64,000 bases of DNA from Catajapyx aquilonaris (Eukaryota), in the NCBI GenBank assembly GCA_000934665.2, contig KZ538014.1, positions 124,001-188,000 of the forward strand, read 5' to 3'. The position numbers were made by a program, and so were the translations under genes. The notes beneath the pieces are model-generated. The model did not search any database. It saw nothing but the letters and a program-made list of their open reading frames with translations, and was not told where the DNA came from. Shown here in pieces: positions 39,810 to 53,400 of this stretch. Every line of letters starts with the position of its first letter. The stretch's first letter is position 1.

Positions 39810-40078
39810 GCGGAATTTTCGTCCCACTGCTAGTTACTGCTAACTTAGCAGTAACCATTCCCAACACTGGTACAGTACTGGCCAATAATCGAGGCAACGA
39901 CTAGCGACATTTTCCCGAAGCGGCAGAAGAAGGAATCTTGCTCGCCCGGCTTCTAGCATGCTTATCTTCGATTCCTTCTTCTGCCGCTTCGGGAAAATGT
40001 CGCTAGTCGTTGCCTCGATTATTGGCCAGTACTGTACTGCTAAGTTAGCAGTAACTAGCAGTGGGACGAAAATTCCGC
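39810..40078. mobile_element. Young foldback/MITE with near-perfect arms (intronic)
   Basis: GCGGAATTTTCGTCCCACTGCTAGTTACTGCTAACTTAGCAGTA[19-nt extra]CAGTACTGGCCAATAATCGAGGCAACGACTAGCGACATTTTCCCGAAGCGGCAGAAGAAGGAATC matches the reverse complement of the right arm except for that indel. The spacer is ~30 nt and the ends are G-rich (possibly Harbinger-like). Confidence 0.88.
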
Positions 40079-40724
40079 ACCCCTTGTCATTATAGCAATA
40101 ATAGCAAACCATATCAGTATGGATGTATCGCACAATGAACATTGTTGATGATTCTGTTTTTAACACAATGCAGCATATACTTGCGGTTTCAGATTTAACA
40201 TATTATGCACAGTGCAGGTATATTTCTAGTAATGTGTTAACAATGCCTTATTATTATTAGGAAACTTGCGGACCTTGTCTTTTGCTGTTCACTTGAATTA
40301 AAAATGATAACAAACAATAAAGGCAGTTTTTGATTGTGTTGTTGGCATAAGGACAAGACCTACAAAAGTACGCATTTTTCCAGTGTTAATTTACCCGTAT
40401 AGTGTACCAACTTGGTCACAATATTCATCCGATAATTTTGTTGCACCGTCAATTTATTCATTCAAAGTCGTCACTATAACTAGTACGGTAGCGATTTCAT
40501 TTCTAGACGAAACAGGACAGTACGATATCTTCATTAATATATTTTACTTATTATGAGCCACTGTTGCTTCTTTTTGTATTGCAGCTATACTTTCTAGACA
40601 GAATAACTATCATTATTTCTGTTATTAATGAACTCATCAGTCATTGAATTTTCGTCCACATTATTTCAAATGTTGCATTTAAACTGATTCCTTTTTAAAA
40701 TTTGAATATTGCGGGTTAATATCG

Positions 40725-40740
40725 TGCTGCCATCTGGTGG
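40725..40740 (-). promoter_or_regulatory. Near-consensus CTCF site
   Basis: The reverse complement reads CCACCAGATGGCAGCA, matching the CCAC(C/T)AG(A/G)(T/G)GGCAG consensus. It forms a GC patch at the edge of a long AT-rich intron stretch. Confidence 0.55.
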
Positions 40741-42062
40741 ATGCCGGCTGAAATGTCCTCAGACACATTACCCAAGCTAAAAGCCAGTGACTGGAGTTTT
40801 ATTGTTACTTTTACACCTCGTAGAAAAGGAATGCTACTGCCCCAAATATTCAGGCCATTTGCCGCCTGCTCCTATACAGAAATATTGCTTCACCTGATAA
40901 TAACAAACTTTAAAATATACAGCTTTGTTTTAAATGCAATACTATCGCAATGGTGAAAGTCTGAAGAGCCGCCTGTTGCAATAACTTGCACGCAGTTTCA
41001 ACATATGCAGTGATATTTAGTCGCTCGTATATTTTTTATGGTTATGGCGTTGATATAAAATTGAACTTTATTACCGGCATAAGAGGAAACTGTGCTGTTG
41101 TAGCCAAAAAGGGGTTTTGTTGGATTGTTAAGGAAATTTGTACTTATTTGTGGATTAATTAACAACCCCAGGACTCTTAATTTGTGGAAAATTAATTCAC
41201 AAATTTGATTACTTTTACATGCACATTTGCAATATTTCACTATCGTTTACAGACTAGTATCTTGTATATTGTAAATATATATTCTGCGGCTAGTTAGTAA
41301 GCTGCACGAAAAATCGTCAAAGAACAGTTGGTAGCTGACAGTGTCCTGATGGCCTAACCTAACCAGTAAGGAAATCCCATTAAATTCTGACAGTTACTTG
41401 CAAATCGGTTTGGAAACAGGCAATGAAACCTCCCGCAAAAACGAATAGCGTGACACTATTGAGACAGCTGTAACATCCGATGCCACATGTGCAAAAGTTG
41501 CTGGTGTATTGAGACTTCTGCACTGTGGATACACGGCTTATGTCAGTATATATCGGAACAAATCTTGCTGAAGCTCATTTAAATGTGGAAGAGTTTTATG
41601 TATAATGGAAGCTCCGTTAAATGGGCTTTCCCAAAGTGTATAATTATATGCATGATTCCAAATTGAACGTGAGTCTATATGGGTGAGCTCAAGCATGAGA
41701 GACGCGATATTTTACCTACATATTTGTGGAAAATATTTAATCAGTCATGTTTTACATTGCAGTATAGTGTTGGTAAACGTCCAAAGAGCAAACATAAGCC
41801 AGTCATACATTTCATAACTGCACATGCATTGCTAGAATGGTAATAATCGGAAAAATGACATAACAGTGAGTCAATTCATGCACCATTGAGCATAAAAACC
41901 TACCAAGTGTAGTAAGTTACTGTATATAAATAATTACAACATGCTACGAAGTTTCTGAGATGTACTTTACATTGACATTTTGTAACCTCACTCAAAATTT
42001 ATGTAATATAGGCATTGTTTTAAGAAATCGTTGACAGAGTAACTAATCTCAAGGTCCGGTTA

Positions 42063-42186
42063 CACCAGCGCAAGGTTCAGGTTCAGGTATGGCCTATACA
42101 CTTGTTATTAACTATTGGCGACAATGAACTAATAATAATTAATAACAAGGGTAGGCCGGTACCTGAAACTGAATATTGCTGTGGTG
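42063..42186. mobile_element. Short degenerate palindromic element (MITE remnant)
   Basis: CACCAGCGCAAGGTTCAGGTTCAGGTATGGCCTATACACTTGTTATTAA versus the reverse complement of the right arm, CACCACAGCAATATTCAGTTTCAGGTACCGGCCTACCCTTGTTATTAA. Confidence 0.6.
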
Positions 42187-42395
42187 CCACTGCCACTAAA
42201 CAATAGATCCTGTGATATGTTTTAACAATGTTTTTCCCCCCCAAAAAGTGCTTTTATTTGTCAATTAATATTTCAAATCACTTATTAGCAAAGTGGCTAA
42301 TGTCTCACTTCAACCACCTCTAGTCATGTGACCACTGTTATTAAAGAAGCATATGCCAGTACCTGGCCATGCACTTCAGCGAATTACCATGTTTT

Positions 42396-42512
42396 CATAT
42401 ACACCAGTACTCTTGCAAGACCGTCTCCAAGGCAACACGCATTCTGGGCAATGTTTCTTCACTCCACCTGAAGTACTTTGCTCTCAAGTACTCTGACCGT
42501 GCCAAGTCGTAA
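42396..42512 (+). mobile_element. Possible tiny CR1/L2-type LINE remnant
   Basis: A + frame reads HIHQYSCKTVSKATRILGNV, reminiscent of the HI....SKA.R.LG motif downstream of CR1/L2 reverse transcriptase. Short and weak. Confidence 0.22.
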
Positions 42513-43959
42513 CGCTGCACCGGGTGACTATGTAGTATCACCTCTATCATTCCCAAGAGCACTGAAGGATGTGTAATTTCAAGCAACAGTGCCGTCGACG
42601 TCGGTAAAATTAGGATAAAAAATTGTAACAAAAAAAAATTTAACATGATAGAAACCCTGATTAATTTTTCATGGCACAAAGATGAACATTTCCGTCGGAG
42701 TTGATGTTTTTTTTCTACACCTCTGTGGTATTGCCTATTTGACCGGTACTCCCCAAGGCACTTCAGTCGTATCCATCTTGTCATCTGACGTTTAGGACGC
42801 ATCCTGATGGCCAGCAAGACAAAAACCTGTAAGAACAATTGCAACAGTATTTGTAAAACTAAGTGTACTAGAAGTTTTAAAATATAAGGAAATTTAACCC
42901 AAATTGTGTGGCAGGGTGGGGCTATCCTGGCTTTGCTGACATCAGTCCCAGCCGCTACTGCCAGAAAATGAGTCCATTTCCGAGACACCGAGTCATTCGG
43001 CTCAAACGGTGCCATCTTTCGGCCACAAAATGGCAGTAAGGATTAAATCGCATTAGGTTTTGATTGCAAGGCGCATAGTTGTGCAAGAGGGTGAAAAGTG
43101 CAGCTCGATTTCTTCTACCCTAAGTGAGAGTCGACTGGCTAAGCATGCCAGCTGGGCAGGCTGCCATCTTACCCTACAGCTATTTGCTCACTCTATGGAT
43201 CACTTTTGCCGCATTCCAGGCGCCAATCTCGGTGTAATTTTCTGCCATAAACAAAGCATAAGCACGAGAGGCCGCATTTTGGAAGCACCGTCGTCAATTC
43301 TTCTCGGCTGATTTTTTGGCCTAAGGATGAGTCGTGGGGCTGCATTCTGACCGTTTAATGTGAAGGAAGCTGTTTTCATTTCAGGCTTTTGAGGAAGCCA
43401 ACAAGTATTTTTATGGGCCGGTGAAGAAGAGAAGAAAAAAAAATGGGCGTAGGGACCTACTGTAGATTTGTGCATTTTCCCTTTGCGGGAGCAGCTTTTT
43501 ATGTTAAGATATGCGAAGGATTTGGTTGCAGAATTACGAGCTGTTGTCAAAGTCTTGGGAAATATTTCTGGAAGCGAATACACAGTTGCGTTTACACACA
43601 TTCAAAATATTATGGAATATCATTGTTGCTTTGCTGTTTCATAATGATGACGAATTTAATGGAGGTGCGTTTGACATTAATCTGTTGCTAGATAAAGGCG
43701 AAATATTGCCACTCAGAAATGAGGGGGGGAAAAGTAAGGGCACGAATTGAAATGACATTGTCGAATAATGGGGTTTGATCTGCTGACAAAATTCACAGGA
43801 CATGATTTTTGTATGTGGTGAAAGTAGCCTTTTAAACAAGTAGATCTAACGTCATGGCATCTGTGATATGAATCAGCAATGGAGCAGCAATTTCTATCAA
43901 TCGCCAGCAGAAATTGCTTAATAGCAATGGGTTAACCACTCGATTGTAAAGTGTACACT

Positions 43960-44045
43960 GGAGTACCAAATTCAAGGAGTACCAAAGAGTATAGTACCTA
44001 AGGAGTACCTGGGAGTATACCACTGTAGGTGTACAGCGGAGTACC
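43960..44045 (+). repeat. Degenerate tandem GGAGTACC repeats
   Basis: GGAGTACC at 43960, 43976, 44002 and 44038, plus variants GAGTATAGTACC and GGAGTATACC. Preceded by TACACT. Confidence 0.7.
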
Positions 44046-47000
44046 GACCCCTTGCTTAATAGGATCATGCGATCATCAAGGGTGACACTGAAGGAAAATG
44101 GGTGAAACAATATTATGCTGGAATTGTTATAGACTTTGTGTTGGTTGGTGTTGTTACAATATGCTTAAAATGACATCATTCAGGGTGGTCTCAAGTGACT
44201 CGTATTACTGTCGAAAGTACTGTCAGAAAGTATTACCATGTAACTTATTTGCAATGCTCATTGATAGAAAGTGTCGTTTTCATTTCTCTCTCTCCCCTCC
44301 TAACAATAAGAGGTAAATAATGATGATGCTAATATTTTATTCCAAAGTTATTGCACAACACACCAAAATTACTACTGCGCATAATGTTGGCAGCGGTCCT
44401 CGCATTCGAATGCGAATTTTATTAAATGAGTTCTACCTTGCTATATAAGCATGGACTGAGCAGACAACGAATAGGTCTCTTCAGAATAATATTTGTAAAA
44501 AAAGAAAAAAAAACCTAATCCTCAAATTGCATGTAGGTGTTCACAAAACGTGCCATTTCTCTTGACACGTATATTTTTTGGCAGAAAAATGCCAAAAGTG
44601 CTCATTGGGAAGCGGAAGGCCGGAAAATCCGAGGGCGCGAATCTCCTTAGTGTTGCATCCTGCCGTGAAACGGTTAGTGTAAAGGAGGGGGGCAGAAGAA
44701 AGTGTAAGGAGGCATAGTAACAGCTTTGAAGATAGAAAAGAATAGAGCAAAAAGGGATGGGTAAGGAAAAAGTGTTCTGGGGGGGGGGGGNGAAGAATGG
44801 CCGCCATCTCAGCCCGCATTAGACTCTTGGCATCCTCCTCCTCCTCCTAACCCCCCATAGCAAAAGATCTCCCCCCATCGTTGCACCACTGGAAATAAGG
44901 ATAATCTGGCTGATCATGATGTGGGCAGCAAGTGTCAGATCCAAGTTGAAATATGGCAGCAATAGTCGGTTCGGCGGGCAAAAGAGCGTCGCCATGCCTA
45001 TATCGATTGCACGGCAGATGGCGTTCGGATCAATCGAGGTTTCTTCCCTCAGACTTTTTTTTTCCTTTTTTTAAGGGTGGGGGTGTGTGCTTCCCTCCTT
45101 TTTTCCGGGCATTGGACCGGTTCCAGTCAAGGAAAAGGGGGGGGGGAGAGACTTTTCGGGAAAATGGAGGAACCCCAGGAACCAGAATGGGATCACGAAG
45201 ACTAACAACACTTCCCAGAACTTTGGGCTAGAATTTCCGACGCGTTGTTCGGTATCGGGCTGCCCCAAATCGTTTCAAAGATTTTTTTATTGCTGAAGTT
45301 TTATCATCATGCATTCAAAAGGATTGCAAGTAGAACGTAAGTGCACGTCCAGCTTAACAATGAAATATAACTATGGCTTTGTAAGGATTTTCTGCCAGGA
45401 CTGGATGCTGCGTTGCCAATGTTTGTTTCAAACATGTTTCGTTCGATATCTGAAAAAGTAAGGTCTGTTTTTAAATATTTTATTTAAATATGCTCGAGTA
45501 TTGTTGGCAAAATTAACCGTTTTATAATGTTAATACACTGAGCCAAACACTTGGCGCGTGGCATAATGTCATTTATCATGTTGGAAGAGGATGTTACACT
45601 TAAATTTTACAAAGCAAAACCTAGCCCCTAAAATGTCGCTTAACGGCATAGACCACATTTCTGTCGCCATGAATGTGACATTAACGGCGATTTTACTGCC
45701 TCCTCAAGCCAATAAGACCAAGTAAGAATAATGCTGATTTTATGATGTGAACCAATTTATTAATTATTGCACGGAGTGTATGTAGGGTAATAACCCATGT
45801 AACACACACACATGTACTGTACTGTACATGTACTGATATCTATATAATACAGTGTAATTATGGTCGCCACTGTATTTTCATGACCTCCAATCACGTAATA
45901 TATTATGTACAAAGCAAGGGATTGAGCAATATTACATTTTCCTGATTTAATCACTTAAAATACTATGCTTTAGATCTTGGAAATCTTGAAAAATTAGAAC
46001 AAACAAGTAAATATTGTTCTGGGCTTGTACAACGGCCATCTTGGTAACCAGACTTTCCCATCCCGGCATCACGCGTGTGATATTACATAATTAGACAATC
46101 GAATGAATGCTGCAAAGAGCATCGGTGTGTATACAAACCGATTTGGAACCTCGTTTGCACAAAATTTCGTGGTCTGGCATGGATTGACCCGATGAGATAT
46201 GGACGCTGTTTGGAAGAGGGTCCATGCACTAGAGCTATGTTTTGGGGGAGCGTTGCCACGTGAAATCACTTGAATAGAGCAATTTACTCGGTTTGCTTAA
46301 TTGGTGGTTAGGCCTCTTGACGTCTCTGCCAAATCCTGGGAACCATAAAGAAGACTTTGCTGCGAGCATTTCATGAAAAGAGGGCGGGACCAGCCCATAA
46401 TTATTGTGATTAGGGATGGAGAGGATCTCCGCCAGTGTCAAATGAAGAAAAAAAGTTAGCATCCAAAAGAGCTGTATTAACTTAAGCACAGGCTTTCTGT
46501 TGGATGATTTATTATTCTTTTTTCTCCTGGCTTAGACTACCGGTATGTGATTGTTATGGCCTTCTCTCTGACTTTCAGTTTGTCCTGGCCAGTGCTCATT
46601 CAACAACTAAGTTAAGCCTAAAGAAGTTCTGTTATAATTCAATGTTGGCATTTTGATGTTTTTTGGGCAGCGGTGTAAATTTTCCAAGCGAGAAAATAGA
46701 ATTTGTAGAAAAGGATAAAGTTTGTAAAATATTATAAAGATTCTTTTATTCACAAGTCAAAATACACACCTTCACGCAACAGCTCTTATTGCCTTATTGT
46801 TACTATTTGATTTACATCAGCCTAAGTAGTAAAAAATCGAAAGTAAATATTGCATCAGTGGATGTGAGGTCATTTTAAACATGTAATCCCAATAACATAA
46901 GTAATTTGATAATTATTTAATTCAGGTAAAAATACACAAGCCATGTTACGAAGCATATGAAGAGTATATAGAATTAGTATAAATATGTTATACATTTACA

Positions 47001-47395
47001 GCCGTCCCACGGACTCTAAACCGGACTAAATATTTATCACTTTCGAATTATATTGTTCCATGACGATGACCAATAACATGACTTTATTCTCCCGCCTGTT
47101 TATAGCCCCATGAAAAAGAACGTGAATTACTAACTCGGCCAAGAATATTATGTGTCAAAAACAGCAGTAATAATAACAATTGAAACTTGCATGGGATTAG
47201 TAATTTATTGTAGTGGTGGCATATAGAACTATTTTGTTGAGAGTGTGGAACTGAAGAACAGGTGCAGATGACTGCTTCCATACTGTATATGTTTGAGTTG
47301 ATGAATTTGATAGTATTACTTTTTTAAAAACGTTGTTGAAATACTGTAATGCGGTAACTTCCAACAATGGTGGCGGAGTAAAACGTGACATGTTA

Positions 47396-47431
47396 CATGC
47401 GCCATTGAACCTATAGGTTCAATGGCGCATG
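47396..47431. repeat. Perfect 36-bp palindrome with no spacer
   Basis: CATGCGCCATTGAACCTATAGGTTCAATGGCGCATG equals its own reverse complement. Confidence 0.95.
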
Positions 47432-50400
47432 CGTATGCACGACTGGAATCAGTCATCCTCACTTTTTATTGGCCCCATTTTCGGAGGGATAAGTCTTGAA
47501 TAAAATATCTAACCCACAAAATCGCTCTTACAATGAATATAAATATATCTAAATATATAAACACGATGCGATATAATTGGAGATTTCCCTTATAATTTAT
47601 GTTGATGCAACCAGCCTTAAAACCCACCTTAGACCACAACTTGAAATATTTTTGTCATACCGTGTGTGCCTCGTGTGTATAGCGTTCCCAAAAAAACACC
47701 ATGCCAACAGATTAGTTACAATATATTATTTAATAGTGAATATGACACAGCTCTTAAGGACAAATATTTGACTTTCACTGTACAAATGTAGTAAACTTCC
47801 TGCAATACAGATAGTAGCAACGTGATATGATTATCATGAGAATGTCATGCCTGTCATATTCTGACGCAATAATATTAACATCAAGCTAATGCATAAACAA
47901 TAAATAGGAAGGAGTAGGCATGTATGCGACACTGGAAAAGTCAGGACAATGGTTATTTATACCAAAGTAGCATCGAAAATAGGCAATTGCGGATGCATTA
48001 ACATAACCCGAACATATTAATTTCTTATTTTCTCCTGTGAGGGACACAGGAATGTTTTTCAGACTTTAGGGGGTAGACAACTCGACTTTTAATAATTTTT
48101 GTTTTGCCTCAAGCTTCACAGATGCCAAACAAGTTGTCTTCGAATCTAAATCTTTGGTATATATATGGCACCTCTAAGATCATCGGGAAATTCTAAAACT
48201 CTTTAGTTGTCCCATTCTCCCCCGACCGTTTTTCATCTAAAAGTTATTGAATAGCGTGAGATTGCATGAAAAGTCTCTCATTATCGGAAACGAGCTATTG
48301 GATGTTCAAAAGAACTACAGATTTACTTTGCCTGTCAGGGTCATGAGCTATTATCACACAATAATTCCTCCGCTAAGTTTTACGTCGTAACTGATCACAA
48401 TAGACCGGAGACATTGTTGAGACCACGTACTGTGTAATGCTGTCTGCTGAGAACTGTAAACTGAGGACACCTGCAGACGCTGTACATGGTGGTACGAAAG
48501 GTATACGCACTTCCTCACGGATTTAGACATTTTTCGAATTTCGAAGATAAAATTACCCGAGTTGATTTTGGCGATTTTGCTTCTCCCACCCTGTATACTT
48601 CATACACCCAAGTATATTCCTCATGCGTGAAATGCAATACCAACGGGTACGCATATTTTGTGCTTTAGTATGAGCTGTTTGTACAGACCTGTACTTTTTC
48701 CGGGACACAAAATATACGTGACAGGCATAGGAAATCTGCATGGCAAGCATAACATCGGCCAAGCGATATATTGAATGTGCATAAAATTGTGTCAGGCCCC
48801 CATGCAGCTTCTGGAAGATGTATAAGCCTGGTTGGAAAGAAATAAGTTCTGCCTTCTACCCGAGCCCACCTGTCCTTTGAACCTGATATTTGAAGAAAAC
48901 GGCCATTGACCTGAACGTACATTCTGCATAGCATATCGTGTATAAATGTAGCAAAAACTCGACGCTTTAACGGCCTCTGTGCACATGTTTCGGATGTGAG
49001 TTTCCAGGGTATAGAAACTTCAGACCCACACTAATTGCCAGGTAGTCCCTCAAGATGAATTTCTACCAGTCACGTAACTTAAGAAGGAAAGTAAACAATC
49101 GTGTTGCAGAGCTGGACGTCTTGTGAGGCTCGGAATAAATTTTCACGTGGAAGGTCAACTCCGTTATCAGTAGGCCCTAATCTGTGAAGAGTACGTGTCA
49201 AGAGGGAAAAGGAACACCCGAAGACCAACAGGCGTAGTGTCGTCCTGGGTGTGATCTTTGTGCATACCTCTGCAATAGACGAGCCAGGCGCCGCGTTTTT
49301 CAGAGAATTTGGGCGAGAACCGTGCTGCTTCTGGGCCGCCAACACCCGACCCGATTCACCCTGCCGGCTAAGCCAGGCCTAGCTTCCTTTGTACGGTTAC
49401 TCAAGCACACTGTACTGGCTTTTAAAAATATGTATGTACGCCACGCATTGCCTGTTTTGTGTACTACAATTGAGCAAGTAAATGGTGCTGAGTGTTGGGG
49501 GATTGTGGAGTGAAATACGGCGCTATGAATATCTCAAAGTGATGGTCGTTTTGGTTGCATGAGCGCCATTCGCGGGTTGCATGCGTTATATTATGCGCTC
49601 ACACCTAGCGAGTCGATGACCGAGGTCATTGAATGAGCCAAAGTGTCAACAAATGTAACAATAGGAGTTACTTAAGATAGGCGTGCGGTTCATTCATATA
49701 GTTCCTGCGGTTGTAACTGACAGTATAAAAGGTCAGGCTAGTTGATGACGGAATTATACGAGCTATGGACGTCCGATAGTAACCCATTTAACGGGAGTCA
49801 TGTGCAGTAATCGCTGTGGAATAGTTGACACTATACACCTCTAAGAGCTGGGTGCGGAAGGGGGGGCCTAAATTGCAAGGTTGCATGTAGGTAATGGCTT
49901 TCATACGACGCCATATCCTTGTCATCCTAATTGAGTGCAATGCCACGGATAGTGCTGTTTAATTATCTAATAAGGACGGTGTAAATTATGCCTAGGAGTA
50001 TTCACCACATCTCTTGTCAAGATTCTAGCGTCGGAGAATCTCAGCTTCCGTCTTTTTTTATTGTGGCCATTTTTTCCGGATTGGCATTCTGGTAGCTTCC
50101 TTCAAAAGGCCGGTCCCTGCTATAAACCATTCACTGACATTTATTAAGGGCCGTAATGGTGCTTTACCTGTTACTAGGCTATTTCAAAGTGTTGCAAAGT
50201 GTTGCTCTATTTAAACTTTACTGCCCATAGCGGCGTTAGTACCGCGGAATGTCCGTTCTGAGGAGGGAAATTATATTTTATTGGTCGTGTACTCGTGGAC
50301 AAGATGAGCCTTGAAAAGCGGTTCGTCTTTAGCTGCTCTTATCAATAGCTGCCTGGCTTGTTGGAGAATTTTTCATGCGGAATATACTCGACCTCTGGTG

Positions 50401-53400
50401 TACATTTTAGGTTTATTACTCTTTGCGGTCGTAACACGGGCATTTTCTTCTTTTTAAGAGCAAATCAACACACCAGTCATATTTTTATGTTGGAAAGAAA
50501 CTGCCAGGTAGAGTGCCCTTACTTGTCTGCTTCAAGGGTCTCAGTTTTACCTACTGGCACTTAATAACAAAGTCAGACCCGATATGGTGTAAATGAATAT
50601 TATTGTGGCGAGATTTTTGACTTATAGCAAGACCAAATATTCAATGAATGCCATTGTTACACGCGTAGCTTGTGACGTTCCGTAGAATTTCACTCAACCG
50701 ATGCTTATCACTGGAAGAGTGCAGCATAACAGGTCATCATTGTTGGAACACTTACACATGTGCAGTTATGAGCCGTGACGAAATACTATAGCGTATAGTG
50801 TTGACATGTGGCGTTTTATTACACGATAAGCCTGAAAACAAAAGAGGATGACCCCGCCCGCTGCACACAAAGTTTCACAACATGTAAACAATCAAACGCG
50901 AAACTGAAGTAGCGGTCATTTGAGAAAAACAGTGATAGATACATGGTTTATGTCATGGCATTCAATATCTTCTCATCGTCCGCAGACTGTGACTGACAGC
51001 AATAGAATCTTCAAGGAAGATAGTCGTTAACGCAATGAGAGCATAATTTTCATGATTATATTCATCAGAGTATAAGGTAACCATTATGGTCACAGTCGCT
51101 TATTTCCGACCACTTTTCAATATACCGGCAATATTATATATTTCCAGAACTACAGGAAACTAACCAGTATTCATGATCCGATAATAATGGAACTATTTCA
51201 ACTAATGCTTTCCGTCCAACTCAATAATGTGTAACGTAACCTTCTAACTATATGGTACAGCTCAAATGACCTCGTTAAAAAAGGTCACGTTGTCGGACGG
51301 GGCTTTTAAATAAATCAACCGAAGGCGATTACACAGCTAAGCTTTTAGTCAGAATTTTTCTTCAGTCTGGAACCAGCTAACTAACCACCAGAAAAAAATT
51401 AGAATTTGTTGAACGTCTGGTCAATAAGTCAGATCCTATATTTCTTATCATCTCCCCCTAGGCCTTCTTGATGAGAAATGTGGAACGCACAAGAGTTTGA
51501 TTCATCTAGGATGTAATTAGTGGTTGAACTAAAAAACCACCGGGTGGTCTCACAGCTCTGTGACCTTATATATACACACAGACGCATGATAAACTATGAG
51601 AGACCTTTTGGTTGCGCTCGACTTGCGTGTTGGCCAGCAATTTTCCGCTTTTGATTGCGACTCATCTATACTTTCCTTTATGTATTATACAGATAGCATG
51701 TAATGCATAGAATAGCACAAAATGTGTAATTGCCAAAAAAAAGCTGAATCCGGGGACTCGTCTTCTAGGGGGGTTAAAAAAAATCATGGCTGTTCCTTAA
51801 CCGTTACGGCTTATACGGACGGCTCCAGAACTAGGAGGAATGGGCAATAAATTTGCGCAATTGCCCATAAAATAGGCTACAATATTTGCCATCAATGGGA
51901 TATGACTATCGACAGAGCTATTGCTGAGCAATATAAACAGGGGACCGGGGACCAGACAATTGCGGGTAGCAAATTGAATAAAGATTAAGCGTTGACAAAT
52001 AACTAGGATAGTTAAGTCTAAATGGCTGGTTGTCTGATCGCGTGTACTTGCAGGTTATAGTACAAACTCGACCCATTTTGGGGCTGGTGAATAGCCGCCT
52101 AGTTGGTCCTGCTGTAGAGCGATTGATCATATTTTTGAGCCAAAAAGGCGGGCCATGCAATTTGTGTGCAGGCGTAAATTCCTACCTCTGGGGAGAGGTG
52201 AAACCGGCGATGCAACGTAGAAAACAAAGGCTGTCTTGACTGCAGGCGGCAATGTATCGCACCCCACGGCGGCATTTCCTTACATAATTAGTTACTTGTG
52301 TATCCTTCAAGCGCAGGAATAATAATTCTGGCTCTCGCATGCCGGTCCTGCAGGGAAACTCGGGATGCTCTTTCAAAAATTGCAAGGCGCACAAATAGTC
52401 CCGCCATCCCGTTATGTGCTGCATGGGTGCCATGAAAGAAGTCATTAGCTACGCCACTAATTACAGGGTAATTATGAAAATTAGGCCGAACTCGTCCGGT
52501 TTTCCGTTGATGGGAAGTCTAACGGCCCCCAGACTTGGATGCATGGAAACCAAATGACTCCAATCGTCGCTAACAGAGAGCGTCACGTGTGAGAGTAATC
52601 AGCTCAATTATCGGCTGCGAGCACGATCCCCCCCTCTCTACTCTCTCCCCCACCCTTTTCCACTCCTCTCCCCACCCTCTCTCCGGGCTCTGCTGCTTAT
52701 GTGCACACACATGGCATTAGCACACGTGTGAGTGAAAGATGACACCCAGGGGGAATCGCCCTCGTTTGCCACTGGCTTTTTTTAAATACCTTTTTTTTGA
52801 GGCTTGCTCCAGAGCAGTAGTGTAATTTAAGAATATACTAACAGTTATTTGGACACCAGGTGGCATTATTGGAGTCTGAATTGGGCAGAATTTTTTTGTG
52901 TGTAGAAGCTCAATTTGGTGGGGGGGTCGACTGAATATATCCCATGTGGTATGGAGAAATTGAAATGAAGGAAGGAAAGCGGAGGGCCGTGGTGATTTGT
53001 CCAGGGAATGGTCCAAGCCCTCCCTCATGCACATTCCCGGATAATTTTGATGCAGTTATGCCACACACCCAAACAAGAAATGAAGGGAGAGGGGGAAAAA
53101 AACAGGAGTTTCCGATGAAAACACACGAGGCGAGGAAAATATTTGAATGTTTATCTGCTTCCCACTCCCTGTGTGCCCACCACTCTCCTGCGTATCGTAA
53201 AGTTGGGACCTTCCCCTACCACCACCACCCCCCCCCNGAAACGATCCCACCCGTCCTGTAAAGTTCCCGACCGAAATGTCGTTACGGGCATCACACCTCC
53301 CCTGCCCTATTAGCCCCCCGAGCGCAATTACAACAGTATGAGATTAGCTGAGGGAGCCTCCTCGTCTCCTGGAAAAGGAAAAGCCTCCCTACCCCACCCC

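Noticed and set aside
42395..43015. 206-aa minus-strand ORF, the longest in the track
   Set aside because: No homology motif and a non-protein-like composition; it overlaps probable repeat remnants.
45398..45410. AGGACTGGATG, a possible TDWM microexon
   Set aside because: Wrong phase for the phase-1 donor, and the following sequence is not SPF(D/E)RV-like.
19055..53238. Single N bases next to G/C homopolymers (19055, 44791, 53238)
   Set aside because: Assembly ambiguity in homopolymer runs, not biology.
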